From the NCBI GenBank assembly GCA_004022145.1, contig RCNU01000002.1: 64,000 nucleotides of DNA; one strand, given 5' to 3'. Both the position numbers and the translations under genes were made by a program. The DNA comes from Paecilomyces variotii. Its lineage: Eukaryota. The notes beneath the pieces were generated by a model. The model was not told the DNA's origin. It did not search any database and saw nothing but the letters and a program-made list of their open reading frames with translations. Below are positions 52,516-64,000 of the stretch, piece after piece; the stretch's first letter is position 1, and each line of letters starts with the position of its first letter.

Positions 52516-53950
52516 ATGGGTATCCCGTAAGTTGATCCGTTCCGCTTCGCTTTGTATGGCGCTTGCTCGTGTGTTCGCGTCGCCTCAGCGCCAGACGATA
52601 GATATGCCACGCGCCGTAACAGGATCCCAACGCTGACCGCCATGCAGGATGTATCGCGAACCCTCGCCCTCAGAGGCCAGAGCCTGCGGGAAAGGCGACC
52701 CCTCCGCGACCGCACGCTCTGCGATCCGGAGACAAGCCACCACCCGTCGCTCATCGCGCAGCAGCATTCGTCCGTTGAGCGGTGCAACCTTTCGCTCGAA
52801 TCTACCCCGTCAGTTGAGCGAAGAGATCAATCGTGAAATCGAGCGCCGTCACACGCGATCGCCAGCGTTGGGCCTAACCCAGGGTGAAGACGCTCTCCTC
52901 GAACTCACGGGCGGCTCAATCGTGTCGGATTCCACAAGACGGGAGGCAGGTCAGAGGATTCTGAGAGACGCGCTACGCCACGGCCATCCCGGACGACGTC
53001 TGAGGATCCCTCGAGAGTCGACGCTACGCTTCGAGGTCCCCAGTCCGCTCTGGGCCATGGGTGAACTCTCGAACCGTTCCCCATCGGGAGAAGAGTCTGC
53101 AAATAATCGCAATTCGGAGCACCCCCTGTTCACCCCACGGTTCGCTCCTGCTTTTGCGTATCACAGCACAATCTCATCCCAGCCACATCCAGATATATCG
53201 GCTCTGTTGCACGCTCCAGGACTGGGTGGATCTGACGATTCGGCTGCTAGTATGCCGTTGTTGCGCCGGGTCGGCCACCGCTCTGTGAATGGAGCAAACT
53301 CACAGGATCCGCACCGTAGGAGCATCATCGATGGCCTTGGAGATCGTGAACGCAGTTTCAGCCCGGATGACGATCAGGAGCACGATGCGTGGGAGACACT
53401 GCTGACCACCATCACGCCCGACGTACAGCTACCGAGTGCTGATTCTTCTTTCACTTCTGCTGCGGCTTCTGCTTCTACGGGGGCGTCAAGAAACACGACA
53501 AACACTTCGACCAACTCCTCTCACACATTGCCGTCGTCTCTGGACTCCTCCGCAGCGATGCACATGATCCTGGATCCTTACCCAGAACTCCTGAACCCAT
53601 GCGACTGGCCAAGCTCTGATTCTGATACTGAGGCGGAGCCAGACTTGAGCTCACGACCATCGACGACTCGCTACCGTAGGCATCGGCTGCTAGACTCGCT
53701 CCGTCGTCCTGCCGGCGTAGGCTCGACTCAAGACAGCCAGCCTCCGATTCCTGCCGTTGCCTTCTCATTCTCTCAGGAGACCGCCGACCCCGATCTGCAA
53801 CAGATGCAAGCCATGCTAAACCGTCTTGTGAATAGGGAAGACATCCCAGACGATTGGTGGGCTGCAGCTGGACTGTCACGCACCATGGGCCGCAGGCTCG
53901 GCGCTGGTGATGAGCTTCCGCGCACAGATATCCCTGATGGACCTCTCTAG
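52516..53950 (+). CDS. Hypothetical Ser/Arg-rich protein
   Basis: 11-nt first exon (ATG GGT ATC CC), intron 52527-52647 with a GCTGAC branch site, then a 433-codon exon. Contains motif-like blocks DGLGDRERS, WETLLTTITPD and REDIPDDWWAAAGL. Confidence 0.75.
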
Positions 53951-55382
53951 AACGATAGGTCCAGGTCATGGATGCTTTAGAAACGACTTGTTTTTCATTA
54001 TTATTATTATTATTCCTTTTTGAGAGTTTTTTTGAGACAGCGGGTTTCTTAGACAAGGGGTCTACATAACCGGGGGTGTTGGCGTTTCATTTGAGCGGGT
54101 TCTGTCTGTTGTTTGTCTGATTTATTCCCTGCTCTTTCCTTCCTGGCTTGAACTTTCTGTGTTGGGAGAAGATAACTCGGAACGTCCATGGCTTCGGGGA
54201 AAGATGCTGAGCATCTGAACCTCCCCCGAGAGCACGTCACGTGAACATATGATTCGGGAATATGGAGTGTTGTGTACGATTTGTGGCGAACGGTTTTCTT
54301 CTGGTTGAAGTGAAGTCCAACAAAAAAGGGGGATCATACGTGCCATTCTCATTTCATGCTTGCCCTGCTGTTCGACGTGTTCGCGGCTGGACATGCCTTG
54401 TTGCGACTTGGGGCGGAGTCGAGATGTAATTTGGTTTCTTTCTTTTTCTTTTCTACTCTCGTTGATCCACTTACACCTAGAGTATGTGGTTCACGTCCTG
54501 TGTTCATACTTGGCCCCATTCTACCATTGTATTATCCGCCTTCTATTTTTCTACGGCCAATAGTCCCGGACGGGATGTCGATGAATGAATTTGATTCTGC
54601 CGCGGATCTATTTATTGGGCGGTTCATATTGGATTTGAGGGGTGTAAAAGACAGATACTGGTTATGGTATTCCAAGTTACCAGGGGTAATGTCTCATTTC
54701 ATTTCAATGCGCTTAATTTCCCGAATAGTAATCTAGCGCTATAGGTAAATAAGAACAAAAAGTAGAGTAAGAAGTGCATCAAGTGCGTGACACCACCGAA
54801 GATCAGTTGAATCCAGAAGTTCCAGTGCTAGTCCATGTATTGTTGGATGAGAGTACGTCCGGGTGAACTGGAGTAATATGGGGTGAGACTGGAGGGTGTG
54901 GACACGCGCCGACTGCTGGGTCGCAACTCGGGATATTGTACAGTACCATATGCGCTACAATACTCTATCATATGCGATGGATTGGGAGACAACATGGTAT
55001 ACTATGCGTGGAGAAGACGACTGTGATAGTAGTTACTAGCTTATCCATTTCGTGATAATAATAATCAAGACGGCCAACGTCATGGCCTAACTGGATGGCA
55101 GTGCTCCGTGCAGCCCCACTCCGCCCCGCGTATTCCGCATTCTTCATTTATTCCCCGCGCTGCTGGCCGATTGTTAAATACACAATTCTCCTGGACGTTA
55201 TCTTTTATTTGCTTATTTGCTTGTTTCCTTTTTCCTGTTTCCGGTACAATTCGATTGTTTTTTTTTTCATATTAGCCTTTTCTGAAAGGAACGTGTGCAC
55301 ACATTGTGCTGTCCTATCAGCCAAGTCGCAGTTCTGCCGATCCCGTCTGCTTCTGAGTTGTCCTCCGAACAGACAACTCGAC

Positions 55383-56226
55383 ATGGACGAGCAAGTAAAT
55401 AGATTGGTTGAAAAGACATGGGGTAAGTTCGATGCATGTATTGCTCTTTTTTATTGCAACTTAAAGAGTGAATGAGTGATGCTCTGCAGGAGTAGTCGTC
55501 CGGATCCCAATTAGTGGAAGTCCTCAATGACTTATTAATCGTTGATATTGGATAGGGAAGGTACTGTCTACACCACAAAATGCTCGGTTGATGATTGCTA
55601 TCAGTGGCATTCCCGGATCAGGGAAGACTTCGCTCGCCCGCGCCATGGCCGAACGGATCAATCAGCTATACAAGAAAGAACACCCGGAACTACCCCCAAT
55701 AGCTCTCGCCGTCCCGATGGACGGTTATCATCTGACACGCGCACAGTTGGCTCAAATGCCAGATCCGGAGTTTGCTGCTGCCCGGCGAGGTGCAGCCTTC
55801 ACGTTTGACCCGGAGAAATTCCTGAAACTCGTAAAGTCGCTACGAGAAGAAGTGACTCCTGAGACCCCCACTGTCTATGCTCCCAGTTTCGATCATGCGG
55901 TCAAGGATCCTGTCGAGGATGACATTGCTATCCCTCCGACGTCCCGGGTCATCTTCTTTGAGGGGAACTACTTGAGCTTAGATAAAGAACCCTGGAACAC
56001 AGCTGCCAAGCTGATGGACGAACTCTGGTTCGTGGAGGTAGATTTTGAGACAGCACGGAAGAGATTGATTCGTCGCCATGTCGCAGCCGGCATAGCCAAA
56101 GATGAAGCCGACGCGGACAAGCGAGCAAGAGAAAACGATCTGGTGAACGGGCGAGAGATTGTGGATAACAGGATGAATGTCCAGGAGATTATCTTCAGCA
56201 ATGATGACCGAGCTTGGGACCCATGA
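55383..56226 (+). CDS. P-loop kinase, phosphoribulokinase/uridine kinase family (Yfh7-like)
   Basis: Intron 55423-55555. Motifs ISGIPGSGKT, PMDGYHL, RRGAAFTFD, PSFDHAVKDP and EGNYL. Confidence 0.88.
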
Positions 56227-56961
56227 TGGCCTAAGGTTATCTTATCGGGTCTGACATAGCTTTATGACGGACCATTATTTAATGTAGCCTCCTGACCTAT
56301 AGAATGGACATGATGTACAGTACATCCTTGTTTGACAGCGTTCCAGCAACAGGAGGCTACTATGTTGTGCAGGATGTCACGTGACAAGAATGAAAAGAAT
56401 ATTGATGTCAAGTAGTTAGTTAACTATACTTTGAATATTATATAATTCATATGGAAGCATGAAACCTATTTCTTTACAGATCGATTCAGTCTCATGGCAG
56501 TTTTGGTGTCGAACAGAATCAGAATTGGAGAAAAGTCCATACCTAGCTGATGCCAAGGTCTTGGCACAATTCCAGTAGTATATTCACGAATCACCACCGG
56601 GTCAGGGGCCATTCAGTCCGTTCCTGGGTCAAGATGCCAAGCCAACGGTCGTTTAAGTCCGGGGATCTACTGAATCGCCAGGACCCTTGGGGGCGCGGCG
56701 TTGAAACACGCTTTAATCTCGTACTCTTGAACCTGAGAGCTCCTTTCTTCACCCTTGCAGAACCACCTTCCTTTACGATACTGCTCACATTCGTTTGAAC
56801 CACAGTCACTCTTTTTTCATACAGTCGTTTAACCTTCTCCCGCCCGGTCCTTGATCTGTTTCGGTATCGCCTACATTCCTGCGCGTTGCACTGAACCTCT
56901 GGTTATCGAACTTATCACTTCTCTTCGAGTCAAATCAGCCTACAGCGCAGCTATTATCACC

Positions 56962-57652
56962 ATGTTCGCCTCCAAGTCGACCCTGTTCTTTTCCTTCCTG
57001 GCTCTCTGCAACTTTGTTGCTGCGGAGACGCCTGGCTGTTTGCTGTCTGCTGTCGGGTATGTTGTGCTTCAATGAATCCAACGGCGCGCGCCGTGGTCAC
57101 AGTATGGGGATCTGACAGTCTACATAGCAATCAGTCCGACCCTTCTGATCTGGCCAGCCTCTGCGGACCCCAATCTGGAAAGCTCCAGACCCTGATCACC
57201 AAAAAGTGCGACGATACTGCCCAAGTCGCGATGCAGGCTTATTCTAGCATTTGCTCTTCCGCGGGACACAAAGTCGGTATGTATAACGTTGATTTATATC
57301 AGTTGTTGTCGCGTATACATTTGCATGGGATGGTTTCGTATTAATGCCTGCTGTGTCTTCAGTCATCACTTCCTCCAAGGCCGAGTCTACGACCGAATCT
57401 AAGACCGCTTCTGCATCTGGCACCGGAGCCGCTAGCACTGGCTTTGTTACGAAGACTTCCAGTGCCACCGCTACTGGCTCTTCCACCTCTCAGTCTGGCT
57501 CCAGCTCTACTTCCTCCAGCTCTACTTCTTCCGGCACTTCCTCGTCTGGTTCTAGCTCTCCCGTGGCCAGTGGTGCGGCGTCCGCTAGCGAAGTTGGCTC
57601 TGCCGCTTCCTTCGCGGCTGCTGTCTTCCTTGGCTTCGCTGCTATGCTGTAA
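56962..57652 (+). CDS. Small GPI-anchored cell-surface protein (4-Cys domain + Ser/Thr stalk)
   Basis: Three exons. Signal peptide MFASKSTLFFSFLALCNFVAA, TPGCLLSAVG...LC...C...AYSSICSSAG, a Ser/Thr-rich region and the hydrophobic C-terminus AAAVFLGFAAML. Confidence 0.8.
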
Positions 57653-58713
57653 ATTCAGTTGCCCCTTATGGTGCCTCTATTTTTCAGATATATGGAGAGA
57701 TTTGTGAACACAATGGATGTCTGATGTTGCGACTCCGTCCGATAGCATGTGAGATGTGGATATCTCTTTTATCTTCACGGCTGTCTCTAGTACAAGAGAC
57801 AAAGCGCGCGGAAGATGTTTCATAGATTCTCCAACGACAGACACTGTACAGACTTGGCTAGTAAAGAGCTGATCATCCCTTCAATTCTTCATCATAACTG
57901 CCAGCTTCGGGGGCGATAAACGAAGCTCGAATACAGCGAATAAGAAGAGCGTGTCCCGACAACAGTCGAAGAGAAAGCTTTTGCACAGCTGTATTGTCCA
58001 TTACGTTATCTAAGTTCCGAATCTACTGAACAAGTAAAGTAACTTCTCCAAAGCATATCGGATTACAACCCTGGGTCATTTCTATCAGCCGCTACTCCAT
58101 GGTTTGGGACTGTATGTCTACTTAATTCCACTTTGCTGCCTTGGGCAGACGGCTTCAGAGCTCCTTGATAGCCGCAATTGCAGATTGGCAGATTAGCCAG
58201 ATGAACCGGCCAGTAATGCGTTAATAGCAACCGCTTCAGACTACTTCCGTCATCCACATCTACTGGGATTCTCACTTCTACCTCAAAAAAAGATGATCCG
58301 TGAACTCGAGGTATCGGGGTCGACGAGATCATTCTGTTTGCAGAAGTATTTGTTACAGTGGCAGAGGCAGTGCTCGGGTGCTTAGAAGTGAGCTAGCAAG
58401 AGTATACTATCTCGAGGAGACATTTAGCTTCCATTTTTGCTTCCGCACTCGAAGATTGGACACATTCACGTTGGTTGCTATCTTATCAATCAGACGGTCT
58501 CTGATCTGTTGAACTAGTACTACAATTGAAGGCGACTAGACACCGAGATCGGACTGTATCAGGGTGTGGATGATGTCAAGTAATAACAATAAACCCACTG
58601 TTCTGCCTAGGTCCAAACCTAGCAAAATTCCAGCTCCTTTCGCTTTGCCGGAAATCCGCGATCAGCTTATTCAAGCTTCGGAGGATTGTTTTGGTAGATT
58701 AATCAGCATTTGC

Positions 58714-58836
58714 ACGCGTTGAACCAACAGTGTTGTGGCAACCAGCAACATCACGTGAGCGACGTGACCCATCGCTGCTGATGAAATCCATTTAGCACCA
58801 AACACGAAAATCGCGTCCCTCTACCCAGACACGCGT
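58714..58836. promoter_or_regulatory. MCB/SCB-type G1/S elements upstream of rnr1
   Basis: ACGCGT at 58714-58719 and 58831-58836, CACGAAA at 58803-58809 next to TCGCGT, and TCACGTGA at 58751-58758. Confidence 0.6.
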
Positions 58837-59074
58837 CTGGTCCCCGGGGAGACATCAAATAACTTCCTGTCCTGCCCCTCGCTGTCTTCCTTCTTCCTTG
58901 TCTTCTCTCCCAACCTTCTCTTCCTTTCCCTATCCAAGGGTTCTTCTTGTGCTCTCGTCTTAACACTGTTCCGTCATTTACTGGTCCTTTGCCACTTGAC
59001 GGATCGAAGTTAAGATACCCTTTTGGATTCTCTCTAATACCACCTCGTCGTCTCGAGATATATAAGACGTCAAG

Positions 59075-61981
59075 ATGTTCGTCTACAAGAGAGGTTAGTA
59101 TTCCCTCAGGTCCTAAGCTCACTCTCAGAAGAGGGGCTCTTCCCTGTGAATGAATTCCATCGTTCATCGTCACTGCTACTCCTCACCAAAATTGTTGCTA
59201 ACTTTGATCGGGCGAATAGATGGGCGCAAGGAGCGTGTACAATTCGATAAGATCACGGCCCGTGTGTCAAGGCTCTGTTACGGTCTCGACCCGGAGCACG
59301 TCGATGCTGCTGCTATCACCCAGAAGGTCATTTCTGGTGTCTACCAGGGTGTGACCACTGTTGAGCTGGATAACTTGGTAGGACCTTTCCGGCCGTCCAT
59401 TGCCTAGAGGAAGCATGCTAATTTCGTTTTCTTTCTGCGTAGGCTGCTGAAACCGCCGCTTATATGACCGTCACACACCCAGACTATGCTATCCTCGCTG
59501 CGCGTATAGCCGTGTCCAACCTCCACAAGCAGACCAAGAAGCAGTTCTCTCTGGTCATCCAGGACCTTTACCACTATGTCAACCCGAAGAATAATAAGCC
59601 GGCGCCGATGATATCGAAAGAAACGTATGAAATCATTATGAAGCATGCGGATGAATTGAACTCCGCTATTGTCTATGACCGTGATTTCAACTACCAATAC
59701 TTCGGATTCAAGACTCTGGAACGATCGTATCTGCTCCGCATCAATGGAAAGGTTGCTGAGCGTCCTCAGCACATGATTATGCGTGTTGCGGTCGGAATCC
59801 ACGGTGATGACCTCGAGAAGGTTATCGAGACCTACAATCTGATGTCCCAGAAATACTTCACTCACGCCTCGCCGACTCTGTTCAATGCCGGTACTCCTCA
59901 GCCGCAGCTGGCCTCCTGCTTCCTTATCGATATGAAGGAGGACAGCATTGAGGGTATCTATGACACCTTGAAGACTTGTGCCATGATCTCCAAGACTGCG
60001 GGTGGTATTGGTCTCAACGTCCACCGTATCCGTGCTACAGGTTCTTACATCGGTGGTACTAACGGAACTTCCAACGGGCTTGTCCCTATGCTTCGAGTGT
60101 TCAACAACACTGCAAGATACGTTGACCAGGGCGGAAACAAGCGCCCTGGTGCTTTCGCTATCTACCTGGAGCCCTGGCACTCCGACATCTTTGAGTTCTT
60201 GGACCTTCGCAAGAACCACGGTAAGGAAGAGGTCAGAGCACGTGACCTCTTCTATGCCCTCTGGACTCCCGATCTCTTCATGAAGCGTGTTGAGTCTAAC
60301 GGTGACTGGACCCTATTCTGCCCGAACGAGGCTCCCGGTCTTTCTGATGTCTATGGCGATGAGTTTGAGGCTCTGTACCACAAGTAGGTTCCATCTGTTC
60401 CTTCGGTAATCTCGGATCGACGCTGACTTCTACAACAGGTATGAGCAGGAAGGCAGAGGTCGTCGCACCATCAAGGCTCAGAAGCTCTGGTATGCCATTC
60501 TCGAGGCCCAGACTGAGACCGGTAACCCCTTCATGCTGTACAAGGATGCGTGCAACAAGAAGAGCAACCAGAAGAACCTGGGTACTATCCGCAGCTCTAA
60601 CCTCTGCACTGAGATCATCGAGTACACTGCCCCCGATGAGGTCGCCGTTTGCAACTTGGCCTCTCTTGCTCTGCCCACTTTCGTTGATGCTGCTCGTGGC
60701 GAGTACGACTTTGGCAGACTCCACGAAGTCACCCAGGTTGTGGTTCGCAACCTGAACAAGATTATCGACATCAACTACTACCCCGTTCCTGAGGCCAAGA
60801 AGAGCAACTTGCGCCACCGCCCCATTGCCGTTGGTGTTAACGGTCTTGCTGATGCCTTCCTGGCTCTCCGTCTGCCGTTCGACTCTCCGGAGGCCAAGCA
60901 GCTCAACATCCAGATCTTTGAGACCATCTACCACGGTGCTTTGACTGCATCCGTCGAACTTGCCAAGGAGCAGGGCACATACTCCTCTTATGAAGGCTCT
61001 CCCATCTCTCAGGGCATCCTTCAGTACGACATGTGGGACAAGACCCCTACTGACCTTTGGGACTGGAGTTCACTGAAGGCGGAGATTGCCAAGCATGGTG
61101 TCCGCAACAGCTTGCTCGTTGCTCCCATGCCCACGGCCAGTACCAGTCAGATCCTGGGCTTCAACGAATGCTTTGAACCATACACTTCGAACATCTACTC
61201 TCGTCGCGTCCTTGCGGGAGAGTTCCAGGTCGTTAACCCTTGGTTGCTGAAGGATCTCGTCGACCTCGGCTTGTGGTCTGACAACATGAAGAACCGCATC
61301 ATTGCCGAGGGAGGTTCCGTCCAGAACATCCCCAACATTCCTGCCGACATCAAGGCTCTGTACAAGACTGTGTGGGAAATCTCTCAGCGTACCATCCTTC
61401 AGATGGCTGCAGACCGTGGCGCGTACATTGACCAGTCTCAGTCCCTTAACATCCACATGAGGGAGCCTACTATGGGCAAGATCACCAGTATGCACTTCGC
61501 TGGATGGAAGATGGGTCTGAAGACCGGCATGTACTACCTTCGCACTATGGCTGCTTCTGCTCCTATCCAGTTCACCGTCGACCAGGAACAGCTTAAGGTT
61601 GCCGACACTAATGTTGCACGGACCAACAACATCAAGAGGCGGCCTGGTGCTGGGTCCTCCGGTTCCTACTCGGCGGTCCCACGTCCGATGTATGATCAGA
61701 AGCAGCCAAACACCCCTGCTCCAGCTGTGAATGGCAGTTCGGAGCCCCTCCCGCCCTTCTCCCAGCAGTCCAGTGTCCGTGACAGCCCGCGTACCATTGC
61801 TGCTGAGCCAGCATCTTCTCCCGACCACGACGAGGAGCTGCCAGCACCTGCAGTGAACGGCAAGAGCAGCCAGGAAGAAGATGGGGACGAGAGCCAAGAG
61901 CGCGAGAATGACATCTACTCCCAGAAGGTCCTCCAGTGCAGCATTGAGAACAAGGAGGCTTGCATTATGTGCAGCGGCTAA
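59075..61981 (+). CDS. rnr1: Ribonucleoside-diphosphate reductase large subunit (class Ia)
   Basis: ATP-cone [55 protein letters not shown] and a C-terminal CIMCSG. Three introns. Confidence 0.97.
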
Positions 61982-63659
61982 ACAGGAAATATATCATCCT
62001 ATCTTGGTCGTTTGCCTTCTTGGGCGCGTTGCTTTGCTGGGTTTTGGATCTGCATGTTGACGAATTTGATGGTTTACTGGTTTTCTTTCCCTGTTTGTCA
62101 CCGATGTTATGAACTGCAAAAATTTCCCCACGTATATGCCCCGACATCCTGTCAGAGTCTTGCATTATGTATGTATCTTATGGTAGTTATGGTGTCATGG
62201 TTTTCCTAGAATATAATTCAGAAGTTCTACATTAGCCAATGACCGGCGCTCCGCCAGTATCTCGTAGAGTTGATTTTTGTAACTACGTACTTGTTGTAGG
62301 CGCTGAACCATCGGCTCCGTCGATCCCTGTCATGCATGACATTCCGGCTGTGCAGCCATCGTCCCTGAACGGACAGCATATCAATTCTGAGTCTTTCTGA
62401 CTCAAAAGTCTTGCATTCGTCATCTACAGCTAGGCAACCGAACTGTCAATACTATCTTGACATCCGCAAGGCTGGAGATTATATCAGCAGTAAATTTTAG
62501 TTATCGGCATCCCATGATCCAACAAACTACAGACGACGAAGGGCGGGTATCGTGTCAGCAGCACCAATCGCCCCTCTTCTTTTCACCTGCGAGTTGCGTC
62601 AGTGGATCTTAGGGCTGAACCAGCTGGAGGTTCAGAAGCAAGTGCCAACTAGGTAGGTACCTAGTGGTAACTAAGACCCTGACATTTAGTGCTTACGCGA
62701 TTCGGTGAGGACCCTGCATTTGGATCATCTCATGCGAATTGCAGACGTCGTCAATTTATTCTTCACCGTCTGTCATAATATCATAGTCAGATATAATTGG
62801 TATAAAATCTACGAATGCCTTTCTGTTTGACGGAGACCCTGGATATGATTTCGCAAAAGGCGGTCCATCGGGAAGGAGATATACCACAGGGGAGATACTC
62901 GGCACAACTACTCCATAGGTGCCAGACTAAAACTGTGACAAGTCGTTATCGGCCAACAGTTCTCAAATAATGCACGTTGGTTATCTGCTCACCGGCATAA
63001 GCGCTTGTAGCGAGGGGCGCGCCACCTTAGCTGGACTTTGAGCCTCCGATGCTGGGATATCGCGCGGCTGGGGATGAGGGGATTCGCTGTCAATCAGGTT
63101 ATTTTAGCCGGACAGGTGATGCCTAGGTATCGATGAGGCTATAATGTAGATAGCAGAAGATTGACTACGCTGTCGACACACCCTGGCTATCGAGGTATTC
63201 CAAATTGTCTCGATTCTCCAGCTTGATTGGAGCGCGTGATACAACCCTAAGACGAGGCTGATCATGATAACGATAGCTGATAATCAGTCTAGACCCATGG
63301 ACCCTTCTTTTACATGCACGTGGATGGAGACTGCTGCCTTTCCATGGCCATGCGTCTATCCGGAAGCGTTCGTTCCGCAGCAATCGTTATTGACGGTATA
63401 GAACAGACAGTCCCCACGTGGGGGCCTGAAAGCTGGGAAGAAGAGAAGACGCAGTTTTGGATACGTATGAAGCTGAAAATTGGGGCTATCCTATCGGAGC
63501 TGTTGGGATGTTCTTTTCTGTCCTTGAAAGACTGTATATAAAGATGGTACGGTACCTGTGTAGTAGTGTAGTTTGATTGTCCTATCAATTGCTTCTGAAA
63601 CATCTTTCTTTTCTGCTTTCAAGAAATATCTACAGCTTCGAACTCAGGACATAATCATA

Positions 63660-63976
63660 ATGGCTCTAAGTTATCTCCGTCAAGCGCCTCATCTTTCTTA
63701 TCCTCTCAAACGTGCCTTTAGCTTCAAGAGAGGAGTGAAGAAGGACACTTACGACAATGCAGCGCTACCGCCAATTACCGAGAAGTCTCCTGTCCAGGAG
63801 ACTACATCCAAGATACTAGGCTCTACTCCCACTTCGGAGGTTAGAAATGAAGACGATGCTGTGCCAGAGGGCATGATGCGGATACCGGATCTGTTCGTCT
63901 CGTGGGCCGCTCAGAAACCTCGAGTCAATCCGTTCTACGAAGAAGTGAAGCCGCAGGTGGAGGAGTGGTTTAAAGT
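63660..63976 (+). CDS. First exon of a probable class I terpene (sesquiterpene) synthase, truncated by the window end
   Basis: ORF from ATG 63660 reaches RIPDLFVSWAAQKPRVNPFYEEVKPQVEEWFK, then a GTATGA donor. This IPDLF...VNP.Y..VK....W pattern resembles fungal terpene cyclase N-termini. The DDxxD and NSE motifs lie outside the window. Confidence 0.55.
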
Positions 63977-64000
63977 GTATGATTATGAGTATCCTTTTCT

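Noticed and set aside
55423-55555. Internal CAG at ~55488 in the Yfh7-like intron (stwintron or micro-exon?)
   Set aside because: Removing the inner segment does not rebuild a GT donor, and a 2-nt exon would break the frame; a single intron fits.
59404-61897. Long - strand ORFs (271, 212 and 275 aa) over rnr1
   Set aside because: Antisense shadows of a codon-biased gene.

Overview
This 64-kb window is gene-dense, intron-containing filamentous-ascomycete DNA. Intron style and protein motifs suggest the Eurotiales, but the species cannot be fixed from sequence alone. I find about 22 protein-coding genes. Most are housekeeping: ubc9, an SPF45-like G-patch/RRM splicing factor, a peroxisomal PCS60-like acyl-CoA ligase, a YCII protein, anp1, a bHLH factor, ecm33, mag1, qcr7, a mitochondrial NAD+-type carrier, an ABC1 kinase, sepH, fol3, a YFH7-like kinase, a GPI wall protein and rnr1. 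The first exon of a probable terpene synthase sits at the right edge. The most interesting part is a ~10-kb accessory-looking block (42.2-52.0 kb) with four genes. These are an F-box-like/ankyrin gene, a 7-exon secreted HEXXH (M35/aspzincin-like) metalloprotease, an 11-exon secreted subgroup-C GH18 chitinase and a G1 glutamic peptidase. The protease is transcribed head-to-head with the chitinase, which carries two hevein-type modules, a long Cys-rich repeat and a C-terminal KP4 killer-toxin-like domain. The block is a candidate modular antagonism (toxin delivery/processing) locus. All gene models and family calls were made by eye; no database searches were run. I could not support any rRNA, tRNA, CRISPR array or intact transposon.
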